The notes: generated by a model not told the origin, from the letters alone. 60,000 nucleotides of DNA from Lama glama (GCA_028534125.1 CM052816.1:97466001-97526000); one strand, 5' to 3'; shown: positions 24,580 to 37,645, numbered from the stretch's first letter. Translations and numbers: made by a program.

Positions 24580-24930
24580 GAGCGTGTGCGGGTCTGTCTC
24601 CCGAGCTGGCACAAGGGGAGTGTTCCCCCTGGAGCGTGAGAGAGGAAGGCTCAGAAGGATCGCGCTGCCGTGGCGGGACCTCTGCCTCCGAGACGCCAGC
24701 CTTCCTCCCGCCGCGGCCGCGGCCGCCCTGCCGCTCGGTCACACGCCGCCTCGCGGGCGCGCCGCCCCTGGTGGCTCTGCGCGCCGGGCGGGGTGGGGCG
24801 CCGCTGCACGGTGGCAGCTGTGTTGCCGCTTTTCCGTATCCGCCCGGACACCTCAGTCTTCCCAGTACTTCCCAGTAGCCTGGCCCCCCTCCAGGCTATT
24901 GCCAGGTAACTGTTTACCCATGGCGGGTGA
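24580..24930. promoter_or_regulatory. small CpG island / candidate promoter or enhancer
   Basis: Sharp local CpG and GC enrichment. Two overlapping NotI sites (24713-24726), AscI site (24756-24763), GC box GGGCGGGG (24786-24793), CTCF-like site (24759-24775), X-box-like ATTGCCAGGTAAC (24898-24910). Confidence 0.7.
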
Positions 24931-25374
24931 ACCTGCCTTCCTGTCTCCTCCGGAAAACTCCTTGATTTTACTGGGCGCTTTAGCAACTTTCCTGAGGTTA
25001 AAATGTGCCGAACCATTTATCAGTATGCTGATGGGAAGGACAGTTCTGTGGGATGTGGAATCACTAATGATGCACACGTCTCAGGCTTCAGCTTTCAGCT
25101 CTGTGAGAACTGTCCAACCACGAAAAAGGAATATATGTCAACACTTGAGATAAAAGCGAAAACACACATCACTGAGGGGAAAAGAAATCTCTAGAAGAAG
25201 GAGACAATGAAGTATAGGTATGTGACTATAATGTTAGGAATATAAACAATTCATTTTATTCCGAGATTTTTTAAATGATTATATTTTGGTTTTACCAAGA
25301 TTCTATTTTGTGTGGTTTCCCCTTATATCAGACGATGAATTTATTTTAGCTCTTTATAAAATCAATGGCAATTA

Positions 25375-25778
25375 CAGTCCCCTCTCAAAGGCTATTGACT
25401 ATGAGCTATGTTTACCAATTTATTAAAATATTTGTAACAAATATACAGTATCCTTGCCATCTACTTAACTATACTACCCCTGGCTTCACTTAAATTTTTT
25501 TTCCAGATTTATTGAGGTATTATTGACAATTAAAAATTGTGTATATTTAAGGTGTACAATGTGATGTTTGACATTTGTATACATTGTGAAATGATTACAC
25601 AACCAAGCTAATTAACATATCCATCACTTTATGTAATTACTTTCTTGTGTGTGTGGTGAGAACTCTTGTGATATAATCTTAGCAAATTTCAAGTATATAA
25701 CACATCATTGGTAACTATAGTCACCATGTTGTATGTTAGGTCAGCAATAATAAATAAAAACATTGTTTTAAATTGAAA
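25375..25778 (+). pseudogene. retroposed polyadenylated RNA fragment (processed 3'UTR or orphan transduction) containing an antisense L1MA piece
   Basis: Perfect 17-bp direct repeats AAAATCAATGGCAATTA at 25358-25374 and 25779-25795. AATAAA at 25749 and 25753, with an A-run from 25776. Confidence 0.65.
25495..25742 (-). mobile_element. L1MA-type 3' end
   Basis: TTTATTGAGGTAT..TTGACAA..AAAAATTGTGTATATTTAAGGTGTACAA...TCTTAGCAAATTTCAAGTATA. Confidence 0.85.
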
Positions 25779-27149
25779 AAAATCAATGGCAATTATACAT
25801 TCTTGTTCAATTTTTAAAAACGTTGTCTATAGAACAAGATTTTATTCCCAAATTATTAATATCAGAGAAAGCAAAGAAGATAATTTTTGTTTTCTATTCA
25901 TTAAAGGGTGGAGTTTTTATTTTTTTCTTTAGACATTTTCTCTACCCTGTTTATTGTTTTGGAAAATCTGAGTCAGTCAGAGCTGACTTTTCGCTGGAGC
26001 TGATAGACATCCTTATTGGTCCTTCCTCGGGGACTCGGAGCAGCGGACAGTGAGAGATAAGATAACATGTGATTTATTGCATCTGGGGCCCGACGGAGAA
26101 AGCGGTGCTGTCCACCTACATTCTACTTGGTGAAAGGCCAGACGCAGGATCAGGAACATGTGGGCATGTGGAGAGCAACATGGCTTCTTAGGTAACAAAC
26201 TGACATAAATGAAGGATGAATTTAAGACATCTGACCAATCTTAGGTGAGAAATTTGAACATCATCCCTAGAACTTCTGCAGAGTCTTGGTGAGATAATAT
26301 ATGCAAAGGAGAAGTAAAAAAGGTCCAATATGTACTGTTAGTACAGGGTCATACTGTCCCAGTCTTTTTCAAACTGCAAAACAAAGGCTGGAGAATCAGA
26401 AGCAGAGATACTTTGTTTGAAGAAAGTGTTGTTAAAATAATTGAAAAATCATCCATGTTTCAATCACTCTTCTCCCATGACGAGTAAGAGCGCTGACATT
26501 CATACACACATGAACAGTGCTACATATGATCGCATGATGGAGCATGTGCTATTGATGAGTGTATAATCCCAAAGTATAATATCTATGGTGTTCCTCATGC
26601 TACAAAAAATTTTGTCAGCAATTAATTGAACCACTCAACTTGGTCCTTGCCCGTTAAAGCTCTAAATGATTAAAATTGTCCTAAGTTATTAAAAATTCTA
26701 CACACATATATACATACACACCCCTCAGAAATTATAAAACATCTTTATATTAGTCATTAGCTGAATTAATGACATTTTGGAAAAAGTGCTTTCTTTTATT
26801 TAAGAAGATCTGGCGTATCATCGTCTCTACATGCTGACACTTGGGGGTCATTTCTTGTGCTTTGTGTCATTCAGATTGTCCATTCCCTCTGTAGTTCTTC
26901 TTGCTGAGATTCTTAATGTTATCTATACTGTGTACCTAAACTTCAAAACAAATTTTTTTCTGATTAAAAGTCACTCATATTTGTTATAGATATTATAGAA
27001 AAAACAAAACAAAACAACAACAAAAAAGAAGAGTCAGTTATACAGAAATAATCACCAAAAAAATCCTTCTAAGATATTTGAAGATGATCACAACACCATG
27101 TCTTTTTTTTGTTCCTAAATATGTCATATTTTGATGACACTTGAATTAA

Positions 27150-27570
27150 CCGATATGTTAAGGTGCCGAAATAAATAAGGCCCTGAGTGTCTTCAAAAGA
27201 AAGAACTTTATTTCAGCCTCACAGGATGATCTGAAGGTGGTGCCCCAGGTTGTCAGGGGCTGGCTCCACAGCGTCCCTCAGGGATCCAGGCTGATGAAGT
27301 CTGTCCTTCTATAGGAGCTGTCCAAGCTTGCTCTGACTTGAGAATATAGCCCTCCACCTGGTAAGAAACTGAAGAGAATGGGGAAGGCATGGTCTGATTG
27401 TCACGCTCTGACCTAGAAGGGGCACAGGTGCCTTTGCTCACGTTCCGTTGAATGAACTCATGGCCACGTCTCACGCAGGGGAAATGCGGGAATGCTGGGC
27501 AGCACGGCCTCCTCCACCTCTGTTTACTGCTGAAAAGGGGCTGAGGGATTCTGATGGATGTTGAGATGTT
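27150..27570 (-). mobile_element. old MaLR LTR (MLT1J/K-like)
   Basis: CAGGGATCCAGGCTGATG, TCACGTTCCGTTG..GAACTCATGGCCAC motifs. Confidence 0.6.
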
Positions 27571-27899
27571 TCCACCTTGGAGACTTTGATCAGCTTTTCA
27601 CTGGTGTGTAATACTCCACAAACTGCAAAACCAGTTCATAGTGTGAAGTGGAATTAGCGCAGCGGAGGCAGAAAACATTTCACTTCCCTAGCATTTTCTT
27701 CACCTCTCTCCAGTGCATCTTATTTTCTACTCTCAACTGGCAAGTCCTGTCCCAGCTGGTAGAGACTTCAAGTCACAGTCACAAATTTCAGGCACTAACA
27801 AAAGGCTCTTGTATAATGCTGTTTAACAGATAAAAGCGATCCAACATTGAAACTGTCAGTGTCATATTAAATGTGGGATTCTTTGAACTTCTTACTTTC

Positions 27900-29700
27900 T
27901 TATCCTTTCCCTTGATCATATTTAACAGAGTTCTGTCTGTTTTATTAGTGTCAAATAAAAGCTTTCCTTCACTGATGGAACATACTTTTTAAATTGTTTC
28001 TCACTTTATTAATTTCTGCTTTTGCTTTCATTAATTCTTTCTGTAAACTCTCTTAGTGATTATGTTATTGCTCTTTTTCAATTTCTTGGTTTGAAAGCGT
28101 TTCACACATTTTCATACTTAATTTTTTATATAATGTGCTCACAATATGAATTTTCCTTTCAATACCACTTTAATTTCATCTCATTGTTTTAGAAGATTAT
28201 TGTTGTTCAGTTCTAAGTAGTTTTCAATTTTCATTATTTCTTGGTGTGTGTGTGTAATATTTTAAGTGAATTTGTGCTTCTAGACAAAAAAAAAAAGCAG
28301 TGAAAGAGGCGCCCAGCATACATTTTGAAGCGTTCTTTAAAGTCTTGGAAAACATCCTGAAAATTACTTTGGCAACAGTTTGAAGCAATAAGTGTTCTGT
28401 GACCCATGGAGAGTCAGATACTTGAGTGATGTAAACAGTAGGACAGGATGCTCGGGGAGGTGGGAGGTGGTTACTAATAATGTGAAGAAGTCTTGGTTTA
28501 TCAGGGTTGAGCTACTTCTTCATTCTTTTTTAAACTGAGATATAATTGACATGTAACATTGTATTAGTTCTAGGTGTGTAACATAGTGATTTGATCTGCA
28601 TATATATAATGAAATGATCACCACGATAAGTTTAGTTAACATCCATCAACTCACAGAGGTAAATGTTTTTTCTTGTGATGAGAACTTTTAAGATCTACTC
28701 TCTTAGCAACCTTCAAGTAGACAACACAGTGTTGTTAGCTACCGTCACCACACTATACGTTGTACCCCACGACATTGATTTTATAATGCAGTTTGTACCT
28801 GGTGACCACCTTCACCCATTTTGCCCATTTTCTTTCTTAATCCAAAACTATTTCAAAGTCTATTTTCTCCAGGTAATTTGTGGAAGATTTATATATATAT
28901 ATATATATATTTGTTTTTAATTTCTGATTTCATTGTACTTTGATCAGTTAATGTGGCATCTGCAATATCATTTCTCTGGAATTTATTCTGGTCAGTAAAC
29001 ATGACCTGTATTGTATTAGTGATGATGAGCTTTGAGTTGTCAGATATCTAAACAATTCTACATTCTGCCCTGACACTAAAATTACATTTTGAGCATAGAA
29101 TTCTAATCCTGGTTATTTGTCTCAGATTTCAGGATATTTTTCATTACCTTCTGATACTTGTTAATTATAGGATAATTCTTACCGTATAAGAATTCTCATG
29201 CTGATTTGATGTAATTATTGTATTTTGTCTTTTTTGTCTAAAAGTTGAAAGGGTTTGGATTCTCTACTTTGTTTTTGAAATTTCATTACATGTGTCTGGG
29301 TGTTCATTTTTTTTAAGGTACTTCTCAGTCAGCTCTGAGAGTCCTCCTGGGAGATCCTTCCCTGCTAATTCTCTTGATTTGACTTCCGTTCTATTCTTCC
29401 TTCTCTTAAAAGTCATGCTGGATTGACACTGTAATCTCTCTCTATTCACTATGTTTCCAAACGTTCCTTTCTTGCTTCATTCTCCTTATCCCGTTGTGTT
29501 ACCTCCTGGAAGAATTCCGCACCCTCATCTTTTGGTGGGAGAATTTGTTCTTTCATTGTGTGCATCACGCTATTCAGCTGATCTGCTGAAATGTTTTTTT
29601 GCATGAACAAGTTTTTAGTTTTCACGCTCTTTCTATTCTTGTAAGATCCTCTTTCATCTCTGAAGGTTCAGCACATCAGCGTCTTACAAGCTGCAGTCTG
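27900..29700 (-). mobile_element. fragmented old L1M sequences, with an L1MA9-like 3' end at about 28525-28830
   Basis: T-rich antisense L1 body. AACTGAGATATAATTGACATGTAACATTGTATTAGTT and GAGAACTTTTAAGATCTACTCTCTTAGCAAC. Confidence 0.65.
28891..28910. repeat. (AT)10 microsatellite
   Basis: Directly visible. Confidence 0.95.
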
Positions 29701-30714
29701 ATTGCTCAGTTAAGCGCATTTCATCGGGTAAACATCTCTCCCTGAGCTGGAACTGTTAGGCCTCCATTTACCCAGCAATTTAGAATCTCACTCTCATCTC
29801 TGTGTCTGAGAAACCCTGTTGCATTGGGTTGCAGGCTTCTCAGGGGAAGGGAGGGATACTGGGGGGCTTCTCTGGGAGGGCAGAGGGCACCCTGATGTGC
29901 CGCTGGCTGTGCCCTCTGGGCAACCTGACTTCTGCCTGGCCATCCCAGGCCCCTCTGACCATGAGGACACTTTCCTGCTCTTGGACCCAAACCATCCAGA
30001 TCGCCCTCAACAGCTGCCTGGCCAAGGTGTGTGGGACGGGGCCACCTGGACACTCCCCCTCCAGAGTGCTCAGGCACCCCTCCCCCAGGTGTCCTGCCCC
30101 CCTCTTCATAGCCACCTCCTCTAACTACCACATGCATTTGGTCTTTTTCCCACCGTTTCATGAGTTTAGTGTTGAGGATTTCTATTTCCAAACACTTCAG
30201 GTCTGCTTTTACACCTTTCAAGGGTTTCTCATCGCTTTTAGAGACAATGAATTCTTTCTTGTTTCCCATCATCATCATTTTTTTTTAATTTCAACCATGT
30301 TTAGAACTTTGGAGTATGAGAAGCTCCATCTCGGTATGGAGAACCCCGTCTTTGCCTCCTCTAAAGAAAAGGAACTTTAACAAGTCAAAGAGCAAAGGGA
30401 CAAAGAGAAACCTGAGGAGTCCAACTTTGACCTTATTCATATTTAGGTATTTTGACTTTGGGGACACAACTATTGTTTACATGAAAAGGAAGGTCTAAGA
30501 CTGGCCGAAGAAGATTTAAGGCCTGATAGATCAAAGAACGGGACGATTTATGACGAGAAGAACAGTCAGGGATGATGCAGTTTCAGCTGACGGAGAAGAA
30601 CCAGTGACGCGGTGAAGAAGCCAGACCCATCTCCCCCATCTGACAGCCTATCAGCACCCAGTCACTGCGGTACCCAAGCGCGCACCACGCTGACGCGGCA
30701 GTGACAAGCAGGGA

Positions 30715-31240
30715 GTGAGCTGTGCAGTGGCTGAAGCACACGCTTTTCTCATATGATAGCCCAGAGCTGTTATTTCCGGGCTACGGAGAGCACCTGTCTA
30801 AACGTTGTTCAGGAACCTCAGCCGGCAAACACTGCGGTTTTCAACTCAGGGCCTCTAAGGCTGTCACGTTCATGTCATGACCCTCAGAAGGGGGAAGGAG
30901 TGTGGAGGAGCACAAGTGAGGGGTTCTGATGCTCTGGATGAAGGGGGTACACAGCACTGCTCACGTTCCGTTGCCCAGAGCTTAGTCACACGGTCACACC
31001 GGACTCCAAGGGAGGCTGAGAGATGGGGTGTGGCTCTGTGCTCAAAATAAGAGGGGAGCTGGATGGTGACGGACACCAGCGCTCTGGAGAGTTTACTCTG
31101 ATGGCCACCAGGCATCCCTTTGTGCCTCCTTCTTATGTAAACTCTATTATTTCCCCAGTGGGACACACCCCAAGTTTCATTTGGACACTGGATTAGAACT
31201 TCAACATATCTTCTGGGGACACGCAGTTGACCCCCTATCA
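30715..31240 (-). mobile_element. MaLR LTR fragments (MLT1J-like, then an MLT1A/B-like end)
   Basis: CTTAGTCACACGGTCACACC..ACTCCAAGGGAGGCTGAGA and GATTAGAACTTCAACATATCTTCTGGGGACAC. Confidence 0.6.
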
Positions 31241-32329
31241 GAGTGCCAACAAAGAGAGCTCTGCCCCCACTGAGCAGCACTGTTGGGCGTGTGCCCGACA
31301 CCTTTTCACCTTGCACGGCCACCAGCTGGTGACCTAGAATTCATTCCCTGAACAGAAAACAAGGCTCCCCCTGCAGGAACTCTGCCTCTGTTCACCTGAT
31401 AGGACCTTCCGTCTTAGTTTCATCTCCGTTTGCCTTCAGATCGGCCTCATCTTCTTTCAGGGCCTTACTGACTTACCAGTCTGCATTATCAGCAAATGTG
31501 ATTTTGTGGGGAGAATGTACAGAGCACAATCTCTCTTCCCCTAGGAACTTTCTCCTTCCATCATTACCCCTCCTGCGTCTCTAGGAGACAGACGAGATCT
31601 TCGGTGTTTGATTCAGCTGTGCCTGGTCAGTTCTCTTCTCCTGTTATCCCAGCAGCAGCGGCCTCTGTCTCCAAATCTGCCAAGTCAAACCGCAACTGCA
31701 GGGGCTGTGCCGCGTCTGGGTTCAGAGCTCATGGGAGGAGGCACCACAGCAAACTGGATCTGCAGCCGGAGGAGAATAACTCAACCCTCCTGGTTTTATC
31801 TGCACAGCATTTAGTTTTTCCAGTGGATGCTGTTGGATTTACCTTCTCATCATGACTAACTTTTTGGGGAAGAGCCCCCTTTGATCTGAGACTTTTTTTC
31901 TTCCAGCCACGTGATTGAGAAGGGAAGGCCACCTGAGCTTTGCAGACCCTGGCCCGCGTCCTGCAGTTGGCTGGAGAGGGCGCTGAGGGAGCCGGGCTGG
32001 TCTGTGCTGTGATGGGGAGGGTGGGTCTCAGCTATGTCTGCAGGAGGCGGGAGCACGTGAGAGAACTGGATCTCACTCCTTTACTTCTGTCTTGCTATTT
32101 TTACATTTACCGTGTTTATAGAACAAGTGACACTGGCTTTCTGTTTCTGGTAGTGACAAAATTTCATTGGAACATACATTTACTAAAGTGAGAGAGTTGA
32201 TTTAAAAAAAACAAGACCGTGAAGTAAGTAAGAGGCATAGCCCGAGAATGACTTAGCTTTGGAAAACGGAGCACAGAGAACTAGCAATTCAGTCTTTTTA
32301 ACAGGACGTTTAAAAATCTTCCTTAAGTC

Positions 32330-34040
32330 AGTTTCATAGTTTGCGTCTTTCTAGTATTTTGTCCGTTTCATCATGTTAACCCAACTTGCTGGCTTTCTGC
32401 TGTTTGTAGTTTTTCCTCCCAAATCTTTATTTCTGTAAGGTCGGCAATGACTCCCCTGCTCTTCCAACCCTGATTTTAGTGTTTGAGTTCTCTTTTCTTC
32501 CTGGTTGCTCTAACTAAAGGCTTGTCAATCTGCTGGTTTTTTCCAAAGAGCCAGATTTTTTCTTTCATTAGTTTTGTTTTTGTGCCATTTCACTAATTTC
32601 CACTCTAATCTTTAATATTTCCTTCCTCTCCCTGGTATGGTTTCTGTTTGGTTTTTTTTTGTTCTTGTTCTTCTTGTTTTGTTTTGTTTTTTTGTAGTGT
32701 TATAAGATAAAATATTTGTTAATGATTTGAGATTTTTCTTCTTTTTTTAAAATACAGGGGTTTCCAGCTGTACGTCTCACCCTAAGCGCCACTCTCACCA
32801 CCCCCACCACATTTCGGTGTGTTGGGTCGTCATTTTCATTCAGGTTAAAGTATTTTCCAATTTATCTAGTGGTTTCTTCTTTGACCCATTAGTACTTAAC
32901 TGCGTGTTGTTGGAATTTTCACACGACATGAACTTTCAGAGTGCCTTTGTGTTACTGATTCCTAATATCATTTCATTGTGGTCGCATTATTACACTTTGC
33001 ATGACTTTGATCTTACACATTTATTTAACTTGTTTTATGGCTTTAAGATGGCCTATCCTGGAAAATCTTCCATATGACCTAAAAACATTGTTTGTTTTGC
33101 AGCTCGTAGGTGGAATGCTATATATACATGTTGGTTGGATCCATTTGGTTTATAGTGTTCTATTTCCTTGTGATCTTCAGCCTATCTTTTTCTATCCATC
33201 ACTGAGAGTGAGGTGTTAAAGTTTCCAGCTATTATTGTTGAATTGTCTGTTTCTCCCCTCAGTTTTGTCAGTTTTCACTCCATGTGTTCCAGCAGCTTTG
33301 CAGTTATGTGCACATATGTTTATCATAGTTACAGTTTCTTGATGGACTTGATGCTTTTGTCATTATAAAAAGTCTTTTATCTGTAGTAACATTTTTCTTG
33401 ATTTGTTTTAATATTTATTTTCTTTGATACGTCAGCGTTCTTATGGGTGCTGTTTACCTGGTACATCTTTTTTCTATCCTTTTGCTTTCAACCTACTTGT
33501 ATTTTGAAATTAAGGTGCATCTCCTGTAGACAGTATACTCTTGGACCTTATTTTTAAATCCCATATGATGTTACAATCTCTGCCTTTTGCTTTGATTCTT
33601 TCATTCATTCACATTTTACGTTACTGTTGATATTGTTCAAATTGTGTTTGCCACTTTACTTTCTGTTTTCTGTACGTCAGGTGCTTTTCTGTTCCTCTGT
33701 TCCTCATTTACTGCTTTCTTTTGAATTAAGTGAACGTTTTTAGAGCAATATTTGATTCCTTTAATGATTATTTTTTACCATGTCATTTGAGTTATCTTAG
33801 TGATTATTCAACGGTTTACTTATCAGAATCTACTTCAGATTTATACAAACTAAATTCCAGGAAGACTTGTATAGACATAAATGCTCTCTCCTCATTTCAT
33901 GTGCTATGACTATTATATACATTACTTCTTAGGGTATTATAAACCTGACTGTACAGTATTATAATTACTACCCTATAATTTTCTCCTTTTAAAGAAGCAG
34001 GGGGGGGGGGAGAAAGAAAGGACATATTTATAGAGCTGGC
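32330..34040 (-). mobile_element. old L1M, ORF2 endonuclease region, degenerate
   Basis: Antisense L1 motifs CTAAAGGCTTGTCAAT, ATTATTGTTGAATTGTCTGTTTCTCCC and CTTTTGCTTTCAACCTA...TCTCCTGTAGACAG. Confidence 0.8.
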
Positions 34041-34054
34041 TTTTAAATACAAGC

Positions 34055-34330
34055 TAAAGAAGGCCTTTATATTTTGGCTGTATGTTGTTTATTTCTTCAT
34101 GGCAGACTGAGACAGTTAGCTCAAAAACCCTTTGATGTTAAACTCAAAACGTCACAGGGATAATACTAAAGTATAACTCGTTAAATGTTTAACTAGGATG
34201 TTATTTTAATGAATTCCAGATAGATTACTTTCTGATTCTCTAAACAGGAATAAAGACTAACAATCAAAGGGTGCTGCTGTGTCACTGTTCCCTGAGACAC
34301 CCCCTAGTTACTTAGTTACACTTTTGTTGA
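34055..34330 (+). mobile_element. ERV1-class LTR fragment (MER34/MER39-like)
   Basis: GTTGTTTATTTCTTCA..GCAGACTGAGAC.GTTAGCTCAAAAACCCT is shared with the LTR at about 41500. Confidence 0.55.
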
Positions 34331-34679
34331 AAGTATCTTTTTTTAAGTTACAAAATTAAACACTCTGGCATACTTAGAAGGCAGATAAATTCTTGGTAGA
34401 CACCCCAGGATTCTGCAGCATCAAGAGATAATTTTCTCTAGAAACTTTATGGTCAACTGTTACCAGTCAGAGTTGTTTGCTTTATCAATTATATGAACGC
34501 TTCTCATCATTCTAATAAGTGCATATTACAAAATAGACATCTGACATGCAGAAATGAACTCTGTTATAGAAGCACGTATAACAAAGAGCCATAACCCGAC
34601 GGGACAGCATGTCAGGGATGGTTTATCTGAAGAATGAAATATAGAAATTAAGTGAGCAGCAAGCCAAGCGTATGGGAAC

Positions 34680-35100
34680 CAATAATGTGTGTGAATGTCT
34701 GGTGGCAGGGAGGAGGGACGCTTTTTGTGAGGAGCAGAGCAAGGACCTGGTGGCAGAAGCCCAGAGGGAAAGCAGCAGGATACGGTACTGAAGACACACA
34801 CACAGAGCAGATCGCCGGGGACGCGCAGGCTACGCTGATTCTTGGTTGCTATTCCACGGGAGCAACGGGTGGCATATCTGGGTGTTTCAGGCAGAGACAT
34901 AACATCTTCTTATTTGCATTTGAAAATGATTATTCTAGTTTTTGTGTGGAGAATTAAATTGGAAGGGAAGCAATGATAGTAAGTTATTAACTGCTTTAGA
35001 AGACAAGGGGGAATGGTTTGAACTGGGTTTGTGTGATTATGGGACACACAATCCATGCAGATGGAGGAAACGATTTGGATATTGAGAATAAAAGGAGAAG
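34680..35100 (-). mobile_element. L2 remnant
   Basis: Purine-rich L2 motifs (TTTGCATTTGAAAATGATTATTCTAG..TGTGTGGAGAAT, GGATATTGAGAATAAAAGGAG). Confidence 0.55.
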
Positions 35101-37310
35101 CGTGGCCTAGACAGAAAACCAGGGGGGAAAAAGCAGTAACATTTGCATGAAATTTAAATCTTTAAAACTCTTGGTTAGAACACCTCCATGTCCCAGAACC
35201 AGCTGATTTTAAGGACATATGGTGATGGGTGGTATCTGATGGGGATTGTAAATACTTAAATTCAACAGCCACAGCAATAAAATCTTGTTAAGTCTAAATC
35301 ATGTTTAATTGAAAGAATTTTAAGTTTGATTTCCCATCTCATCTTCCCTTCCAGTGTTGTGCTGTGTGGAGACATGACTCTCACAGCATCTACTCAGCGA
35401 AGGGCTTTCGAGAAGTAATTCTCCATCAGCCCCAAATGACAAGTTGCCTCTATGGGCTTCTCTTTCTTTGCAGAACTGCACCCCTGCTCCCCATCACTAT
35501 TAATCACTCCTCTCCTGCTGGTGTGGATCAGGGTTGAGTAAACTGGTGGGGCATTTCTGGCAGTTGCGACTGCCTGAGAGCAGCACGGGTCCTGTTTCAT
35601 GCCATCGCAGGGACGTGAAAACTCTCTCTAGATGTGGACGAGGTGTAATTTCACAACGTACTGACGTCCTGGAGACAGTCGTTCTCGGTTGTGAGAGTCT
35701 GTTCTGCGCAGGGTTGAGGCTGAGCAGCGATCCCGTCCTCATCTCCCTAGATGCAGCAGCGTCCCTCCAGGCACGACAGTCAGAGCTGCCTCCAGTCAGT
35801 GCCAGCTGTCCTCTGGAAACCAAGATCGTCCCTGGGGGAGATCCACTGGCTTAGGTTTTTAAATCAGCTTTTTTTTTTTTGGCTTTGTTATGGGTGCTGT
35901 TGATCATCGTCACAAAGGAGACTATTAGTTTTATGCGTAATTATTAAAAATATGCTCTTAACTTTGTCTAATCAACAATTTTAGTTTGGGTACTTAAATA
36001 AAGGAACGTTTGATTCTATCATAGCCAAAATGTAATGTTCCAAGATGAGAAATCGGTTAAACAAATGTGCTATGTGACTACGATGAGTTTCAAAACACTC
36101 ATTACAAATACAAGAAAAAGACTTGTTGCCATGGGAAAATGCTCCTGATAAAGTGCGAAGCGAGGAAAAAGCAACTATAAAGTGAGATGCAGAGCAAGAT
36201 GTCAAAAATACGTGCATGTCTATGTTCATACAGCCTGCAAAGATACATACCGCAGCATCAAGGGAGAGTACCTTCGAGTGGTGGCGTTATAGATGGCTTT
36301 AGTCATTTGTATTTCCTTTGTGCCTTTCCCATTTTTGAACTTTCTTGCATTAGAAGTGCACTACGTTGGCCATGAGAACAAAACAGCACACCATAAATGT
36401 CATTCTTTAAAATGATCACATTTATGGAAATTCTTGCATTTTGTATTCAATATCTACTTACCTCTGAAATCATGACTGAAAACACCATTATATTCCTACA
36501 AATAACACCCGACCTGCACACAGTTCAAAGGATTTTCATTGTGGTAAAGACACGCATCAGCCTAATCACAGTCATTCAAAAGTGATAATTTAAAGGAAAG
36601 AGAACTTCTGAACTCTTAGCTTTCATATCCATGGGACTCTCATCTTTGTATGTAATTAGGGGAAAAAAAAAACAACGCAGTTACTAAACTGATGAGGGAA
36701 AAACTCTTGCTATTTTTCCCTGCCTATAAAAGCAACAGATAATTACAGGGAAAAACACATTAAAATACAAAGAAAAATGGACAAGTTTTAACGGGACTTT
36801 TTCCTGAAAATGAGACTTTGCAATATATATTATTTTTCTGCTTTGATAGTGTTGCTTAAATGTTCTGCTTACACAAGAACATTTTCTAAGGAAGTTCAAT
36901 ATCAATGATACAATGGACTATTTGCTTAGTAATGGAAAATATAGACACAATAATATCTCCAAAACAATACACCTGGAGCTTGTTTCAAATATTTTCAGAC
37001 AGTTCTCATTTTATAGCATCTGAGTTGCATCAAAAAGATATCCTATTTTTTAATGACTGTGTGCTATTATGATGTATTATTAGCATGCCAACCTGACTGG
37101 CCATGAAATGTGTGATTGACAATATTTTGCTTCCTCCTCAGAATTCTGAAGTCCATTTTAGAATTATTTGAACAGTGCAAACTTGGTAATATGTTCAAAG
37201 AAGTTTACTCCTGGTTGCTTTCAGTACATTCTAGAACAGACAGAGAGGCACTTGGCATCATTCTGCTGATCTTAGCAATCTTTTCAAAGTACTAATAAAA
37301 AATCCTTAGA

Positions 37311-37428
37311 GGGGAGGTAATAGCTCAGGGGTGGAGCGCATGCTTAACAATCCCCAGTACCTCCATTTAAAAAATAATTAAATAAACCAAATTACCCACC
37401 CCCCCTAAAAAAAACAAAAACAAACAAA
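37311..37428 (+). mobile_element. camelid tRNA-derived SINE with internal deletion
   Basis: TAGCTCAGGGGTGGAGCGCATGCTTA|ACAATCCCCAGTACCTCC, lacking about 20 bp present in the other copies; A-rich tail. Confidence 0.85.
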
Positions 37429-37645
37429 CCCCGAAGGGTTAGCATTTGAAAGGGATCATCCAAACTGGTCTGCTCAGCCGGGGTATTAGGGAAGTAAACA
37501 AGATAAGAGTTGACTAGGCTTTGTATGCAAAGGATGTGCACTTTTGGTCAGGGGCTAGAATATTGTGGTGACCACATCTCCCGCCATGACTAAATGAAAA
37601 CATGTATATTATGAACACCACAGAAATATATGTTAAAGACATTTA

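Noticed and set aside
24584..25153. 189-aa ORF and overlapping ORFs over the CpG island
   Set aside because: Stop-poor GC-rich DNA gives ORFs on both strands; non-ATG start and no recognisable domain.
29721..30380. Overlapping 185-aa and 192-aa ORFs on opposite strands
   Set aside because: No recognisable homology; the region looks like degenerate repeat or neutral sequence.
30500..30700. Purine-rich, codon-like stretch
   Set aside because: The most plausible frame has stops; no recognisable protein or splice sites.
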